Origin: Elusimicrobiota bacterium
GTDB lineage: Bacteria; Elusimicrobiota; Elusimicrobia; F11
DNA length: 50,182 nucleotides
Direction of reading: 5' to 3'
Assembly: GCA_043732015.1 (NCBI GenBank)
Contig: JAYTIE010000265.1
Coordinates: 1 to 50,182, forward strand
The notes beneath the pieces were generated by a model that did no database searches, had not been told where the DNA came from, and worked only from the letters and a program-made list of their open reading frames with translations. Made by a program: the position numbers and the translations under genes. Shown piece after piece: positions 9,401 to 17,486 of the stretch (position 1 is the stretch's first letter; each line of letters starts with the position of its first letter).

Positions 9401-11020
9401 GGCCGCCGCGATTCGCGCGTGATTGCCGTTCGACAGCGGGCGGGCGGTCAGCGTCTGTCCCCGCGCCTCCATCGCCGCGTCGAAAGGAGATAACGGGCGG
9501 GCGAGCTCCCGCAACGGCCCGGACGCATCCCAAGCGCGCGCATCTCCAACGAGCGGGGTGAAAGCGACGTAGCCGAATCCCAGGCGGCGCGCGGTCGTTG
9601 AAATGGACGACGAGTGAAAGCCCCCCGCGACGACCACGAGGCAGTGGGCCCCACCCGCGCTGGCAAGCGCCAGATTTTCGCCGAAACTCTCGTTGCGCTG
9701 AGACGCGCACCGATAGAAATCCTTGGCCGGGGACATGGCGCGCTCGAGCGCGGCGCATCGTCGCAGGGCCTGCCGCACGCCCGCGTCCGTCGACACCGGC
9801 GAGAGCGGCGCCGTGCAGAGCTCCGCCCACTCGGCGGATGACGCGGACAATGAGGCCAGCTTCGACAGCAGATAGACGCGGTGAGACAGGCGGGCGATGT
9901 CCTTCTCTTCGGGCGTGACCGCCAGCCGGAGCGGAAGGCCGTCCTGGATCTCCGACACTGCCGCGATTAATTTCTCCGGGTCAATGGATCTCGTTAAAAG
10001 CGTGCGCTCAAGATGCGTGGAGAGATTCGGAAAATCATTGATCGAAATTCCGTTACGACTGGTGACCGCCATGAGGGTGGAGACGAACTCCCCTGTTCCC
10101 ACCTGGCCTTTCTGGAAGCGAAAGGCCGCATCGAAGAGAACCGACGCGTCAGCGTCAGAGATGCGGCCGCGGAGGCGGCCGAGAAGAGTCTGAAGTTCCG
10201 ACCCTACCTCAGAAACCTGATACAGCGTTTCCAGAGAATTGGCCCGCAGGAGCGCGGACATCACATAGCTGAGCGCCTGCCCCCGGTGGCGAAGCAGGGC
10301 AAGAACGGAGGTGAGCGGGAGGTCGCCCGCCTGATAGCGCGCAATGGCGAGATCGACCACGTACATCTCGGCATTGTAGTGGCGCTTCTTCAGGTCTGTC
10401 ACGGAATCGCTCATCGACTCCACCACACGCTGGAAGGCGGGCTGGAGATTCAGCGCATTTCGTAGGGCCTCGACATTTCCGCGATAGACCGACTCATCTT
10501 CGAGCGGAAGAACCGACGGCACGATCGATGGGTGGGTAACGATGAAATGTGCGGCGCCGGAAATTTTCCCTTCCGAGAAAAGCTGGTCGGCGGCCATGTC
10601 CCGGATTTCAGCGTCCGGAGCGGAACCGAAAAGCTGCGGGTCAAGCGCGCGGGTCTGTCCTTCAAGAACCAGCGCATCGGCGCCATGCGACTCAAACATA
10701 AGCGCGAGCGCGGACTCCGCGCTTTTCTGCGCGGTCGGATTTCCGTGGACGTCCTGAATCTGGATGATCCACTTTTTTCCTTCCGCCGGCGGAACGAGAC
10801 CGCTGATCGTCCCGAACCGGGAGAGAAGCGGCGCAAGGTTGGCCGGATCAACCGCCGGAATATTTCTGGGAGCGAGCGTCCTGGCGGCGAAAGGAAGCGG
10901 CGAAACAGGGCGTGCGGGAGGAACCGCGAGGGCGTCTCCGACAACAGCCTCGGAGAGCACGGCAACGGTCACGAGAATGGCGATGAATTTCCGGACCCGG
11001 CAGACTTGCGCTAAGTTCAA
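6401..11020 (-). CDS. 1539-aa modular protein: signal peptide, ChaN/TIKI-like N-terminal domain, LpxC-like deacetylase domain (~8250-9120), unknown region, C-terminal TM helices
   Basis: IQDVHG, LVLEG, RNES, AGGFH; then GVGLHTG, VEHLL, ELPMMDGSA, HKVMD, GSGH; hydrophobic C-terminus; TTG start with AGGGG SD. Confidence 0.8.
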   Translation of the reverse strand: MNLAQVCRVRKFIAILVTVAVLSEAVVGDALAVPPARPVSPLPFAARTLAPRNIPAVDPANLAPLLSRFGTISGLVPPAEGKKWIIQIQDVHGNPTAQKSAESALALMFESHGADALVLEGQTRALDPQLFGSAPDAEIRDMAADQLFSEGKISGAAHFIVTHPSIVPSVLPLEDESVYRGNVEALRNALNLQPAFQRVVESMSDSVTDLKKRHYNAEMYVVDLAIARYQAGDLPLTSVLALLRHRGQALSYVMSALLRANSLETLYQVSEVGSELQTLLGRLRGRISDADASVLFDAAFRFQKGQVGTGEFVSTLMAVTSRNGISINDFPNLSTHLERTLLTRSIDPEKLIAAVSEIQDGLPLRLAVTPEEKDIARLSHRVYLLSKLASLSASSAEWAELCTAPLSPVSTDAGVRQALRRCAALERAMSPAKDFYRCASQRNESFGENLALASAGGAHCLVVVAGGFHSSSISTTARRLGFGYVAFTPLVGDARAWDASGPLRELARPLSPFDAAMEARGQTLTARPLSNGNHARIAAAAIARGTLNRDKRTIQWGRDQLGYFQASLSGTRVVSTAKGKTVEVTISFLDRIETISVEFSGKQLAFSAMSRPFVMSWRALVKFMKQAYYRIFGVPIMGVGLHTGKPVQIRIVPKPPGSGIRAYRTDISGSWESREIPIVLSNILRGRRRHTGAAKKDVSISMVEHLLFAMRSLDIWDADIYVDAPELPMMDGSARQYIDALKIFENWSPKPQGIRLQEPVVFQRDDNTMIIRLPLEEDEIDSHYIFALNFGEQLQEFPVEFEATIKEADLGESRALLGSAPTLSEREFESFRGEFFQGAVAYQPGQASNPNRAVDDPKASVVMVSEKKHWTDGSFEPKALSAHKVMDGRGDEVPLFKTVNGIVKYWEFSIGSGHRDNREVNELTRMCLTGYKFEIGYERVVGALRKAYANKRLSREVFDKVMARLSKFKDYDSHLEEITPIDAPPVASDQIDRLGNSLKWVGDKAHPLKAHAMARIKDYFLNREGGAALATVAHRIATPQFQPAEASAIEIRVSEELAEALVCEVTFVLPGLSEQEYPRIAMVVGKPGMRAETTELYAMMSRAAKPIGAETEDISPRVAMAGLRNIDYFPLVGPLKSETFARQWLPEYARFRPDASPSDLDRQNDRMKFSLLWEGEAGKLSGRPPDEMRRKDVAKAVAAMLTVTFIRLRAGLPRLARSETVPMSGQIVDTLDLRTDILYDTTDGRAALAYLRSTKMASASTLLDSLFHLSLKAGSPEREWQPFANDIPSLLRGVEQALTEEFGREKGRAGAIVWYERYLSSLPTGESVDVEARFPVTKVFSFKGAAQRSTPKEVFGQPIVPEVRARLELLRNEQTSATSFAVMVSMVRGLSAFTGYSREFLARLAPYTEGALFAVLGLVNASLMAWIFSGVVVPGIVAAGMGLAIWFIGHRTVLVSEEEAAVETPFGSLDSGAKRRVLFLGFVVAVAPAIGFSISPLLGIAVAVVGTAVHEVANRSLRGRPLRFLDGGQRGMMNLQRQV

Positions 11021-11080
11021 AATCGCCCCTGAAATGGACGAGATTTGGTGTCCCGGACGAGGTGATTCCGTCCAGGAGAA

Positions 11081-11113
11081 ATGATATCCCGGGATCGATT
11101 AAGGCGCCCTTAA
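11081..11113 (-). promoter_or_regulatory. TTAAGG-N5-TTAAT box plus -10 element TATCAT upstream of the LpxC-cargo gene
   Basis: Same spacing and same 78-nt distance to the start codon as the copy at 49895-49927. Confidence 0.7.
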
Positions 11114-11139
11114 TTAGGTGTAAATGAAAGGTGAAGAGT

Positions 11140-11172
11140 AAAAAAAGAAAACGCGCCGATTTGACGCGGCGT
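11140..11172 (-). terminator. Putative intrinsic terminator
   Basis: CGCCG-loop-CGGCG followed by CGTTTTCTTTTTTT right after the stop at 11174. Confidence 0.55.
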
Positions 11173-11173
11173 A

Positions 11174-13537
11174 TTACTCGGCTGGCAGGATGCGAATGAT
11201 ATCGCCCGATTCGGGCACGACATGGAAGCGAAGATGTTCAATCCGGACCTGATAATCGCCCGGGCGAACGGTCGACTCCGCGGAAATATCCGCGACGGCC
11301 TGGATGGGGCTGATGCGCTGGAATTTTCCGATCTTGAGACCCGGATCATCCACGTGAACCACCAGCGACTCGGCAAAATTTCCCTGCAACGCGCGGCCCT
11401 GCAGCACGAGCTGCGCCTTGCCGCCAGGCTTCAGGGGCGGCGTGGTACTGATGCTCCGGAACCAGTTCGTCGGCACGATCTTGAAGGCGGAAGCCGTCGT
11501 CAGAAGAACCTTCTGTTTGTTGCGGATGGTGAGACTGTAGATGCCGACCTTCGCCTTTGACGGAATCTGGACGTCGACGCTGAGGCGGCCCGCCGACAGA
11601 TAGGTGAATTTCGCGCTGGCGCCGGGCATGTCCGGCACTTCCGCCGTGAGGACATCGGCGTCGCTCCCCTGAAAACCGCTGCCCTGAACGACAAACCGCG
11701 CGACATCACCCGGGCGTTGGAATCCGTCTTCCGCCTGAACGCGAAGGACCAATCCCGTCTGCCCCACGTTCGGATTAACGATGCGGATGATGCCGTCACG
11801 GTTCCAGAGAACCTTGTTTGCCAGCATCACCCTGACACCGTAGACGCCGGTCACGGCCGGGCCAACCGAGATGGTGCCGTCGACGATGAAGGGAAGCCGC
11901 GCGCTTAGCCGTCCCAGAGAAATGGAAGGAACGCTCGGCTCAACGTGAAATTTCGCCAGCATCGCTTCGTCGAGATTCGTGAAGACGCGAAAACGGCCCG
12001 TTCGCCCGGACTCGCCCATCTCGGTGAAAACAAGATTGAGAACCTCGCCGGGCCGGATGACGGCATAGGGCGCGGCCGCCTGAAACACGACTTTCTCTCC
12101 GATGGACACGGTCGGAAACGCGAAGGCTGTCGCCGCCGACGGCGCTATGACGAGCCGTCCGTGAATCTGGTTCGGCGTCACCAGCGAAAAGTCCTTCACT
12201 TCCACATGCTCCATACCGGCCTGCACCGACAACCGCTTTTGGAACTCTTCGTTGAATCCGGAACCGTTGATGTCAAATTCGATCGTGTCGCCCGGAGCGG
12301 CGATCATCGTGGCGTAGTAGACCCGAACGATGTGAATGTCTTTTGGAATGAGCTCGGGATGAAGCGTGACTTGAGGGCGAACAGCACCGCTGGGCGCCTT
12401 CGTTTCGGCGGCGGCCGCCGCGGGAGATTCCACTGCAGGCTTATCCGGTTCAGCCACCGGCTTGGCAGCTTCAGCGGCGGCGCCCGGTGCACCGGCAACG
12501 GGAGGCGTAGTCTTCGCGATGCGCGGCGCCCGCCGGCGGCGCGCCGGTTTAACGATGGGCGCTTTCTGATCGAAGGCCGAGGACTGCGCGGCGGGATTGG
12601 GACTTGTCGCCGCCACCGGCACAGGTGCGGCGCCACCAGGAGTCGCGACCGACGGTGCGATACCGGCGGCAATCATCTGTACTGCTCGGGCAAAACGCCT
12701 GGCTGCGCTTCGGGCGGCCGGATATTTCTTGGACCTCACGCCGCGCGCGGTCTTGCCCAGCGCGTTTCGCGCGGAATACTTCGAGGTATCGGCGAGTGCC
12801 TTGGCGGCGGCCGCGGCGCCGGCGGTACCCTCGCCTGACTGGCGGAGCGCTTCCTCGAGCTCCTCCAAACGGCGTCCGGCCTCCGCGACGAGCGGCTTCA
12901 ATTCGCTCTGATCCGCGCCGCCCTTCGTGGCGGAGAGCGTCTGCCGGGACAGATCTGCGGCCACTTTCTGCAGGGCTTCGATTTTCGCCGCAATCTCCGC
13001 CGCGTTGTCCGGCGCAACGGCGGTTCTGGGAACGGCGACTTCACCGGAGATCGCGGCGGCCACGGCGTCGAGCGAACCAACGGCCTCCCCGCTGTTGCTC
13101 GCGGCCAACGCCGAGCGAATTTTCGGAATCTCGTTCCGGTTGACGGAGCGGAGGCTGAGCGCCATCTGCTTGATGTAGGCCGCTTCGGCCGGATCCACCG
13201 TCACGCCCGTTCCCAGACGCGACACGATTTCTCGCGCCTGCTGCTCGAGTCCGGCGGCGAGCTGGGCCGCGTTTTCAAATGCCGCCAGTTGCGTGGCGGG
13301 GCTTTCATGGTCCGTGTCGAGCCGGGAGCGAATGGCTTTTATCTGAACGAGAAGGTCCTCGGCGCGGCTTCGCAGACTGGCGAGGTCGGGCTCAGGAAAT
13401 GTTTCTTCTCCCGAAGCGGAGGAGACCGCGGTCCGGGGCACCGGCGCGTGAGGACGGGGATAGCAACCACGAGCGAGAAGCGAGCCAATCACCGAAGCGG
13501 TGAGAACCGCCGCGAGGACCGACAGGCGGCGCAGCAT
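11174..13537 (-). CDS. Membrane-anchored protein: N-terminal TM, helical/coiled-coil region, Pro/Ala-rich linker, tandem Ig-like (IPT/TIG-like) beta domains
   Basis: Start MLRRLSVLAAV overlaps the upstream stop (TGATG); repeated PGD/PGG...GSGF/GRAL beta-sandwich units. Confidence 0.65.
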   Translation of the reverse strand: MLRRLSVLAAVLTASVIGSLLARGCYPRPHAPVPRTAVSSASGEETFPEPDLASLRSRAEDLLVQIKAIRSRLDTDHESPATQLAAFENAAQLAAGLEQQAREIVSRLGTGVTVDPAEAAYIKQMALSLRSVNRNEIPKIRSALAASNSGEAVGSLDAVAAAISGEVAVPRTAVAPDNAAEIAAKIEALQKVAADLSRQTLSATKGGADQSELKPLVAEAGRRLEELEEALRQSGEGTAGAAAAAKALADTSKYSARNALGKTARGVRSKKYPAARSAARRFARAVQMIAAGIAPSVATPGGAAPVPVAATSPNPAAQSSAFDQKAPIVKPARRRRAPRIAKTTPPVAGAPGAAAEAAKPVAEPDKPAVESPAAAAAETKAPSGAVRPQVTLHPELIPKDIHIVRVYYATMIAAPGDTIEFDINGSGFNEEFQKRLSVQAGMEHVEVKDFSLVTPNQIHGRLVIAPSAATAFAFPTVSIGEKVVFQAAAPYAVIRPGEVLNLVFTEMGESGRTGRFRVFTNLDEAMLAKFHVEPSVPSISLGRLSARLPFIVDGTISVGPAVTGVYGVRVMLANKVLWNRDGIIRIVNPNVGQTGLVLRVQAEDGFQRPGDVARFVVQGSGFQGSDADVLTAEVPDMPGASAKFTYLSAGRLSVDVQIPSKAKVGIYSLTIRNKQKVLLTTASAFKIVPTNWFRSISTTPPLKPGGKAQLVLQGRALQGNFAESLVVHVDDPGLKIGKFQRISPIQAVADISAESTVRPGDYQVRIEHLRFHVVPESGDIIRILPAE

Positions 13538-14586
13538 CAAGCACCCTCGGGCGATTTGGCCGGGACGGCCTGAACGTGAACCTCGCCGGACTGAATGTTC
13601 GCGGTGAAATGTTCGCCGCTCAGCATGCCGCTCTCGGCCGATTTCAGATGGCCGGCCACTTCCTCGGCCAGCTTGGCCCGTTCGACGGTCAATTCCTGAA
13701 GACGCGAGTCGATCTTTCCGAACCGATCGACCAGCGCCGCCACGCCCTTGGCGGGCACGATCGCCGTGGCACGAATCTTCGAGAGCGCAGGACAGATCTG
13801 GGCGTAATCGCAATACTGGCAGACGCCGCGCTCATTGGGCGTGGCCTCGAATTTCTGGTCGCTGATGCCATGCGCGGCTTCAACGATACCGGCCTTCATC
13901 GACTCGAGCTGCCGGTCGGTGTGCGCCGGCACGGTGAGCGGCGTCAAGGAATTCAGGTGATAGAGGGTAACGGACTCCACGGGTTTTCCGAGGAGAGTCG
14001 AGCAGGCGAGCTGGTAAAGAGTCAGCTGCGGGTCGGTGCGAACGCGGGATTTATCGAAAGCCTTTCCCGTTTTGTAGTCGATGATGGCCAGCCCGCCGTT
14101 TTTCGTGTTGTCGATGCGGTCAATGAAGCCGGTGACTGGAACGCCTTCCACGCTGATCGTGAATTTCAGCTCCACCTGACGGACGGATGAAAAATCGGTC
14201 GAATGCTTCGCGTAGAAGCCGCGAAGGATGCGTTCGCCTTCCTGGAAAAACCATTTCTCCTGGGCCGGGCTCTCGTAACCTTCCCGAAGCCATCCTTCCC
14301 GGAAATGTGAAAGCAGTTCTTCCAGCGCCGGCCGCTGCGCGCGGGCCCGGTCATAGAGAAACTCGAGTCCCGCGTGCACACTCTTGCCGAAAGAAAAGAA
14401 AGAGCGCGGCTTGTCCGGGACCTTGTCCACGTAGCGAAACTTCCACTTCTGGGGACAGTCGCGGTACATCTTGACGGAGGAATGCGACAGAACGCGCCCC
14501 TTGTACCAGGGCGCCACTTCAACCGGAATGGGCTCCGGCTTCTCCGGCGGGGGCGGAGCGAATCCGTCGAAGGTCATCTGGCTCAC
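13537..14586 (-). CDS. RecB-like PD-(D/E)XK nuclease with Fe-S cysteines (Cas4/AddB-like)
   Basis: LSHSS..YRDCP, FGKSVH, GFIDRID, IIDYKTG, QLTLY, CQYCDYAQIC. Confidence 0.9.
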   Translation of the reverse strand: MSQMTFDGFAPPPPEKPEPIPVEVAPWYKGRVLSHSSVKMYRDCPQKWKFRYVDKVPDKPRSFFSFGKSVHAGLEFLYDRARAQRPALEELLSHFREGWLREGYESPAQEKWFFQEGERILRGFYAKHSTDFSSVRQVELKFTISVEGVPVTGFIDRIDNTKNGGLAIIDYKTGKAFDKSRVRTDPQLTLYQLACSTLLGKPVESVTLYHLNSLTPLTVPAHTDRQLESMKAGIVEAAHGISDQKFEATPNERGVCQYCDYAQICPALSKIRATAIVPAKGVAALVDRFGKIDSRLQELTVERAKLAEEVAGHLKSAESGMLSGEHFTANIQSGEVHVQAVPAKSPEGA

Positions 14587-15824
14587 TGGAACGCTTTCTC
14601 CCGGCTGCCGGGCTTATAGGACAGAAGCTCGACGTTTCGCCGCTCGCCTTCTTCGCCGACGAACGAACTGAGCACCCGTCCGACCGACGGAGCGAAATAT
14701 TCCTTCGCGGATCCCTGCACACCGCTCGCGTTGGAACGGACGACAAGGCAGCCTGCGAACGTGCCCGCCCGAACCGTGACGGTCTCGCTGGTGGACACGA
14801 CCTTGTAATGGAACTTCCGGCCCGCGAGCGCGGCGTCCCACTCGCCACCGACTTCAAAGGGTCCCTGAAGGACCAGCCGGGAGTCGCCGGCTTCCCCGTC
14901 TTCCCAGACGGTCGGTCCCGATTTGCGGTAGGACGTGCGCGTGGTCTTGAACTTGTTGTCACCGCCAAAATAGTCGCGAACAAGAACGCCCGCCGCGAAG
15001 GGAATGCCGGCCGTGTCGGTCGACGTTTCGCAAATGGTTTCGATGCGCGCGTTCTTTCCGCCCGACTCGGAGTCGCCCTCGACCGACGAACCGCCAGGAA
15101 CGAGGGGAAAATAGTCCGGACAGTTGTTGGCCTGGAACGCGGCCAATCGGCTCCACGGATCGCTGGCCGGGTAATCCTTCTGGACGCGGGAATAAAAAGT
15201 CTTCGCGGCGTCGCAATCGCCCAGCGTATTTTCCGCGAGCCAGCCTGAACGGAAAACGGCTTCGCCCGCTTTTGGGCTATCCGGATAGCGCGCGACGAAC
15301 TCCTGATACTTGAGCCACGCCTCATACGAACGCCCGGCGGCCTCGGCGCCGCGGGCGCGCTTGAACTGCGCGTCCGGGCCGCAACCGATGAAAGGAAGGA
15401 CGGCGCACAGCACCAGAAGGACACGCGCGCTGGCGACAACCCGTTCCGAGCGGGCCCGGAACCAGCGACGCACCACGAACAGCCCGATGCAGATCCCGAT
15501 CGTGTCAATCACCACATCATGGACGGACGGGCCACGACGCGGGACGAACATCTGGTGAACCTCGTCGGATATGGCGTAGAGAAGCGCGAAGAGGAACGAG
15601 AACACGGTCACGCCCGCGGGGGCCAGCGATTTCCACGTTCGGTGAATGGCGCGACACATCATGAGAGACAGAACTGCGTACTCGAACATGTGCGCGCACT
15701 TGCGAAGAATGAGATCCCAGATCCCCCACCCGCTGTTCAGGCCAGGGATCGAAGAGAGGTAAAAAATGAGGCTGCACCAGATCGCCGGAGGAAGCCAAAG
15801 AGAAAGGAAAGACATTGGTGTCAT
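14583..15824 (-). CDS. VanZ-family membrane domain fused to a TPR/BamD-like lipoprotein-type domain
   Basis: IFYLSS, RKCAHMFEY, YAISDEVHQMFVPRR, DVVID; then VLLVLCAVLPFIGC and YQEFVARYPDS TPR; start uncertain (15815/15824/15851). Confidence 0.8.
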   Translation of the reverse strand: MTPMSFLSLWLPPAIWCSLIFYLSSIPGLNSGWGIWDLILRKCAHMFEYAVLSLMMCRAIHRTWKSLAPAGVTVFSFLFALLYAISDEVHQMFVPRRGPSVHDVVIDTIGICIGLFVVRRWFRARSERVVASARVLLVLCAVLPFIGCGPDAQFKRARGAEAAGRSYEAWLKYQEFVARYPDSPKAGEAVFRSGWLAENTLGDCDAAKTFYSRVQKDYPASDPWSRLAAFQANNCPDYFPLVPGGSSVEGDSESGGKNARIETICETSTDTAGIPFAAGVLVRDYFGGDNKFKTTRTSYRKSGPTVWEDGEAGDSRLVLQGPFEVGGEWDAALAGRKFHYKVVSTSETVTVRAGTFAGCLVVRSNASGVQGSAKEYFAPSVGRVLSSFVGEEGERRNVELLSYKPGSREKAFQ

Positions 15825-15851
15825 ATTTCCATATCGACGGAAGAAATCCAA

Positions 15852-17486
15852 TCAGGCGCCATCGCCTTTCGTCTCCACCTCATAAACCCGGAACCGTTCC
15901 CAGGGCGCGTCCGAGAACGTGAAGGGAAGGGCGCCCCAGACCGACGCGTAGAAACCGGCGGAGCCTTTCATGTCCATCACCTTCAACGGGAAACGGGTAC
16001 CGAACTCAAACGTGCCGAGACGGCGAAGCGGAAGGTTCTTCCGGGCGAACCAGACCAGCGGCATGGTCACCTCCTTCGCCAGGACAATGTCTCCGGGACG
16101 CAGTTCCGTCTGCTCGAAGCAGGGCGTCCAGCCGTAATTCCTCAGGTAGCTCATCGTAAAGGAATCACCCAGGTAGAAATGCCGCTCTCCGCCCGGGAAT
16201 CCGTGCTCGGCCAGGATGGGCCCGATCTGGCGGCCGGGCTCGGCCTGCTGATAGTCGGCGTAGGCGAGCGACAGTCCGGTGACGAACATAACGCCCATCA
16301 GACCGTTGAAAAGCGCGCGTTCCCGGCCGGGCCAGCAAATCTCGATGAACCGGACCGCCACCATGGCCAGGGCTGGGACGACTACGTGGAAATAACGGAC
16401 GGCGACCCAGTCCATCACGAAAATCATCATGAGAAGAAAGCCGCCGCACCACACGAGAAGAAAGAGGTCCCGCGGAATGAGCCAGCTCTTGTGAAGGCGC
16501 GCGACCTGGCCCATGAACAGAGCGCTCGTCGAAACCCAAAGTCCGATGAGGGAGGCCTGAACGCCGGTGAATCCGCCCCAGGTGCTGGACAAAGCGCCGG
16601 CCACAATGGCGCCGACCGAGAAGCCGATGGCCCGCCCCACGTTTCCGGAAACAAGCCACGCGGTCAACGGGATCAGGGTCGAGCCGGAGAAGAAGACAGC
16701 GAGTGCGAGCGCTTTCGGCCAGCCGAACGATCCCACCATCCGGGCCGACGCGGCCATGATATGCGGGCGGCCGTAAAGCGACGCGGTCCAGCCGCTGTAA
16801 GCGCAGAGGAAACCGAGCGCGATCACCCAGGACAGGACCAGAATCCAGGGACGGCGGGCCTTCCGGTGATTGAGCGCCACCCAGGCCGCGGTCACCGGCA
16901 GCACAAGAACGGCCGGATACTTGCAAAGGATGGCGATTCCCATCAGCACGCCCGCCATCACCGCCCGGCGAAGGGAATCCGTCTCGGCCGCCCGGATGAA
17001 AAAGAAGAGGCCTGCGATGAAGAACGCCCCCATTGTGGAATCAATCAGCAAACTGTGCGCGGTCAGCCACCACGGAGGACTGAGCGCGGCCAGAACTGTG
17101 GCGGTGAACGGGTGAGCCGTGAACCGGCGGGCGAGTTCGAAAATGAACAGCGCGCTGAAAGATGTCAGGAGAACCGTTCCCAGGCGCAGAAACCAGATTC
17201 GTCCTTCGCCCATCTTGAGCAACACGGCGAGCAGGTAGTGGTGCCCCAGCGGATTCACCATCCGCACGAGGCCCCCGCGCTCCCAGCCCGGATTTCCGAG
17301 ACCGGCGTCGTCGGTGCGAAAATCATAGGGCGCGAGCGGATGAATCTTCAGCCAGCTCGCGATCTCGACGAAATAACTGTCATCGACGAAGAAGGCGCGG
17401 TTTAAGAACGGCGCGGACAGCGCGAGCGGAATCAGGAACGCCAGAAGGCGGGATCGCCAGAGGCGGGAGTTCTCCGCGCCGGTCAC
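15852..17486 (-). CDS. ArnT/PMT-like GT-C glycosyltransferase (family 39/83-like)
   Basis: Multi-TM protein; FVDDSYF, NPLG, GIAILCKY, VRYF motifs. Confidence 0.82.
   Translation of the reverse strand: MTGAENSRLWRSRLLAFLIPLALSAPFLNRAFFVDDSYFVEIASWLKIHPLAPYDFRTDDAGLGNPGWERGGLVRMVNPLGHHYLLAVLLKMGEGRIWFLRLGTVLLTSFSALFIFELARRFTAHPFTATVLAALSPPWWLTAHSLLIDSTMGAFFIAGLFFFIRAAETDSLRRAVMAGVLMGIAILCKYPAVLVLPVTAAWVALNHRKARRPWILVLSWVIALGFLCAYSGWTASLYGRPHIMAASARMVGSFGWPKALALAVFFSGSTLIPLTAWLVSGNVGRAIGFSVGAIVAGALSSTWGGFTGVQASLIGLWVSTSALFMGQVARLHKSWLIPRDLFLLVWCGGFLLMMIFVMDWVAVRYFHVVVPALAMVAVRFIEICWPGRERALFNGLMGVMFVTGLSLAYADYQQAEPGRQIGPILAEHGFPGGERHFYLGDSFTMSYLRNYGWTPCFEQTELRPGDIVLAKEVTMPLVWFARKNLPLRRLGTFEFGTRFPLKVMDMKGSAGFYASVWGALPFTFSDAPWERFRVYEVETKGDGA

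Noticed and set aside
13537-14586. cas4 / CRISPR locus
   Set aside because: No repeat-spacer array or other cas genes are visible; a solo RecB-family nuclease is the simpler call.
15519-17405. Long plus-strand ORFs (also 4411-5520, 7901-9493, 25557-26813, 38348-40051)
   Set aside because: Antisense shadows of well-supported minus-strand genes in high-GC DNA, with no recognisable motifs.
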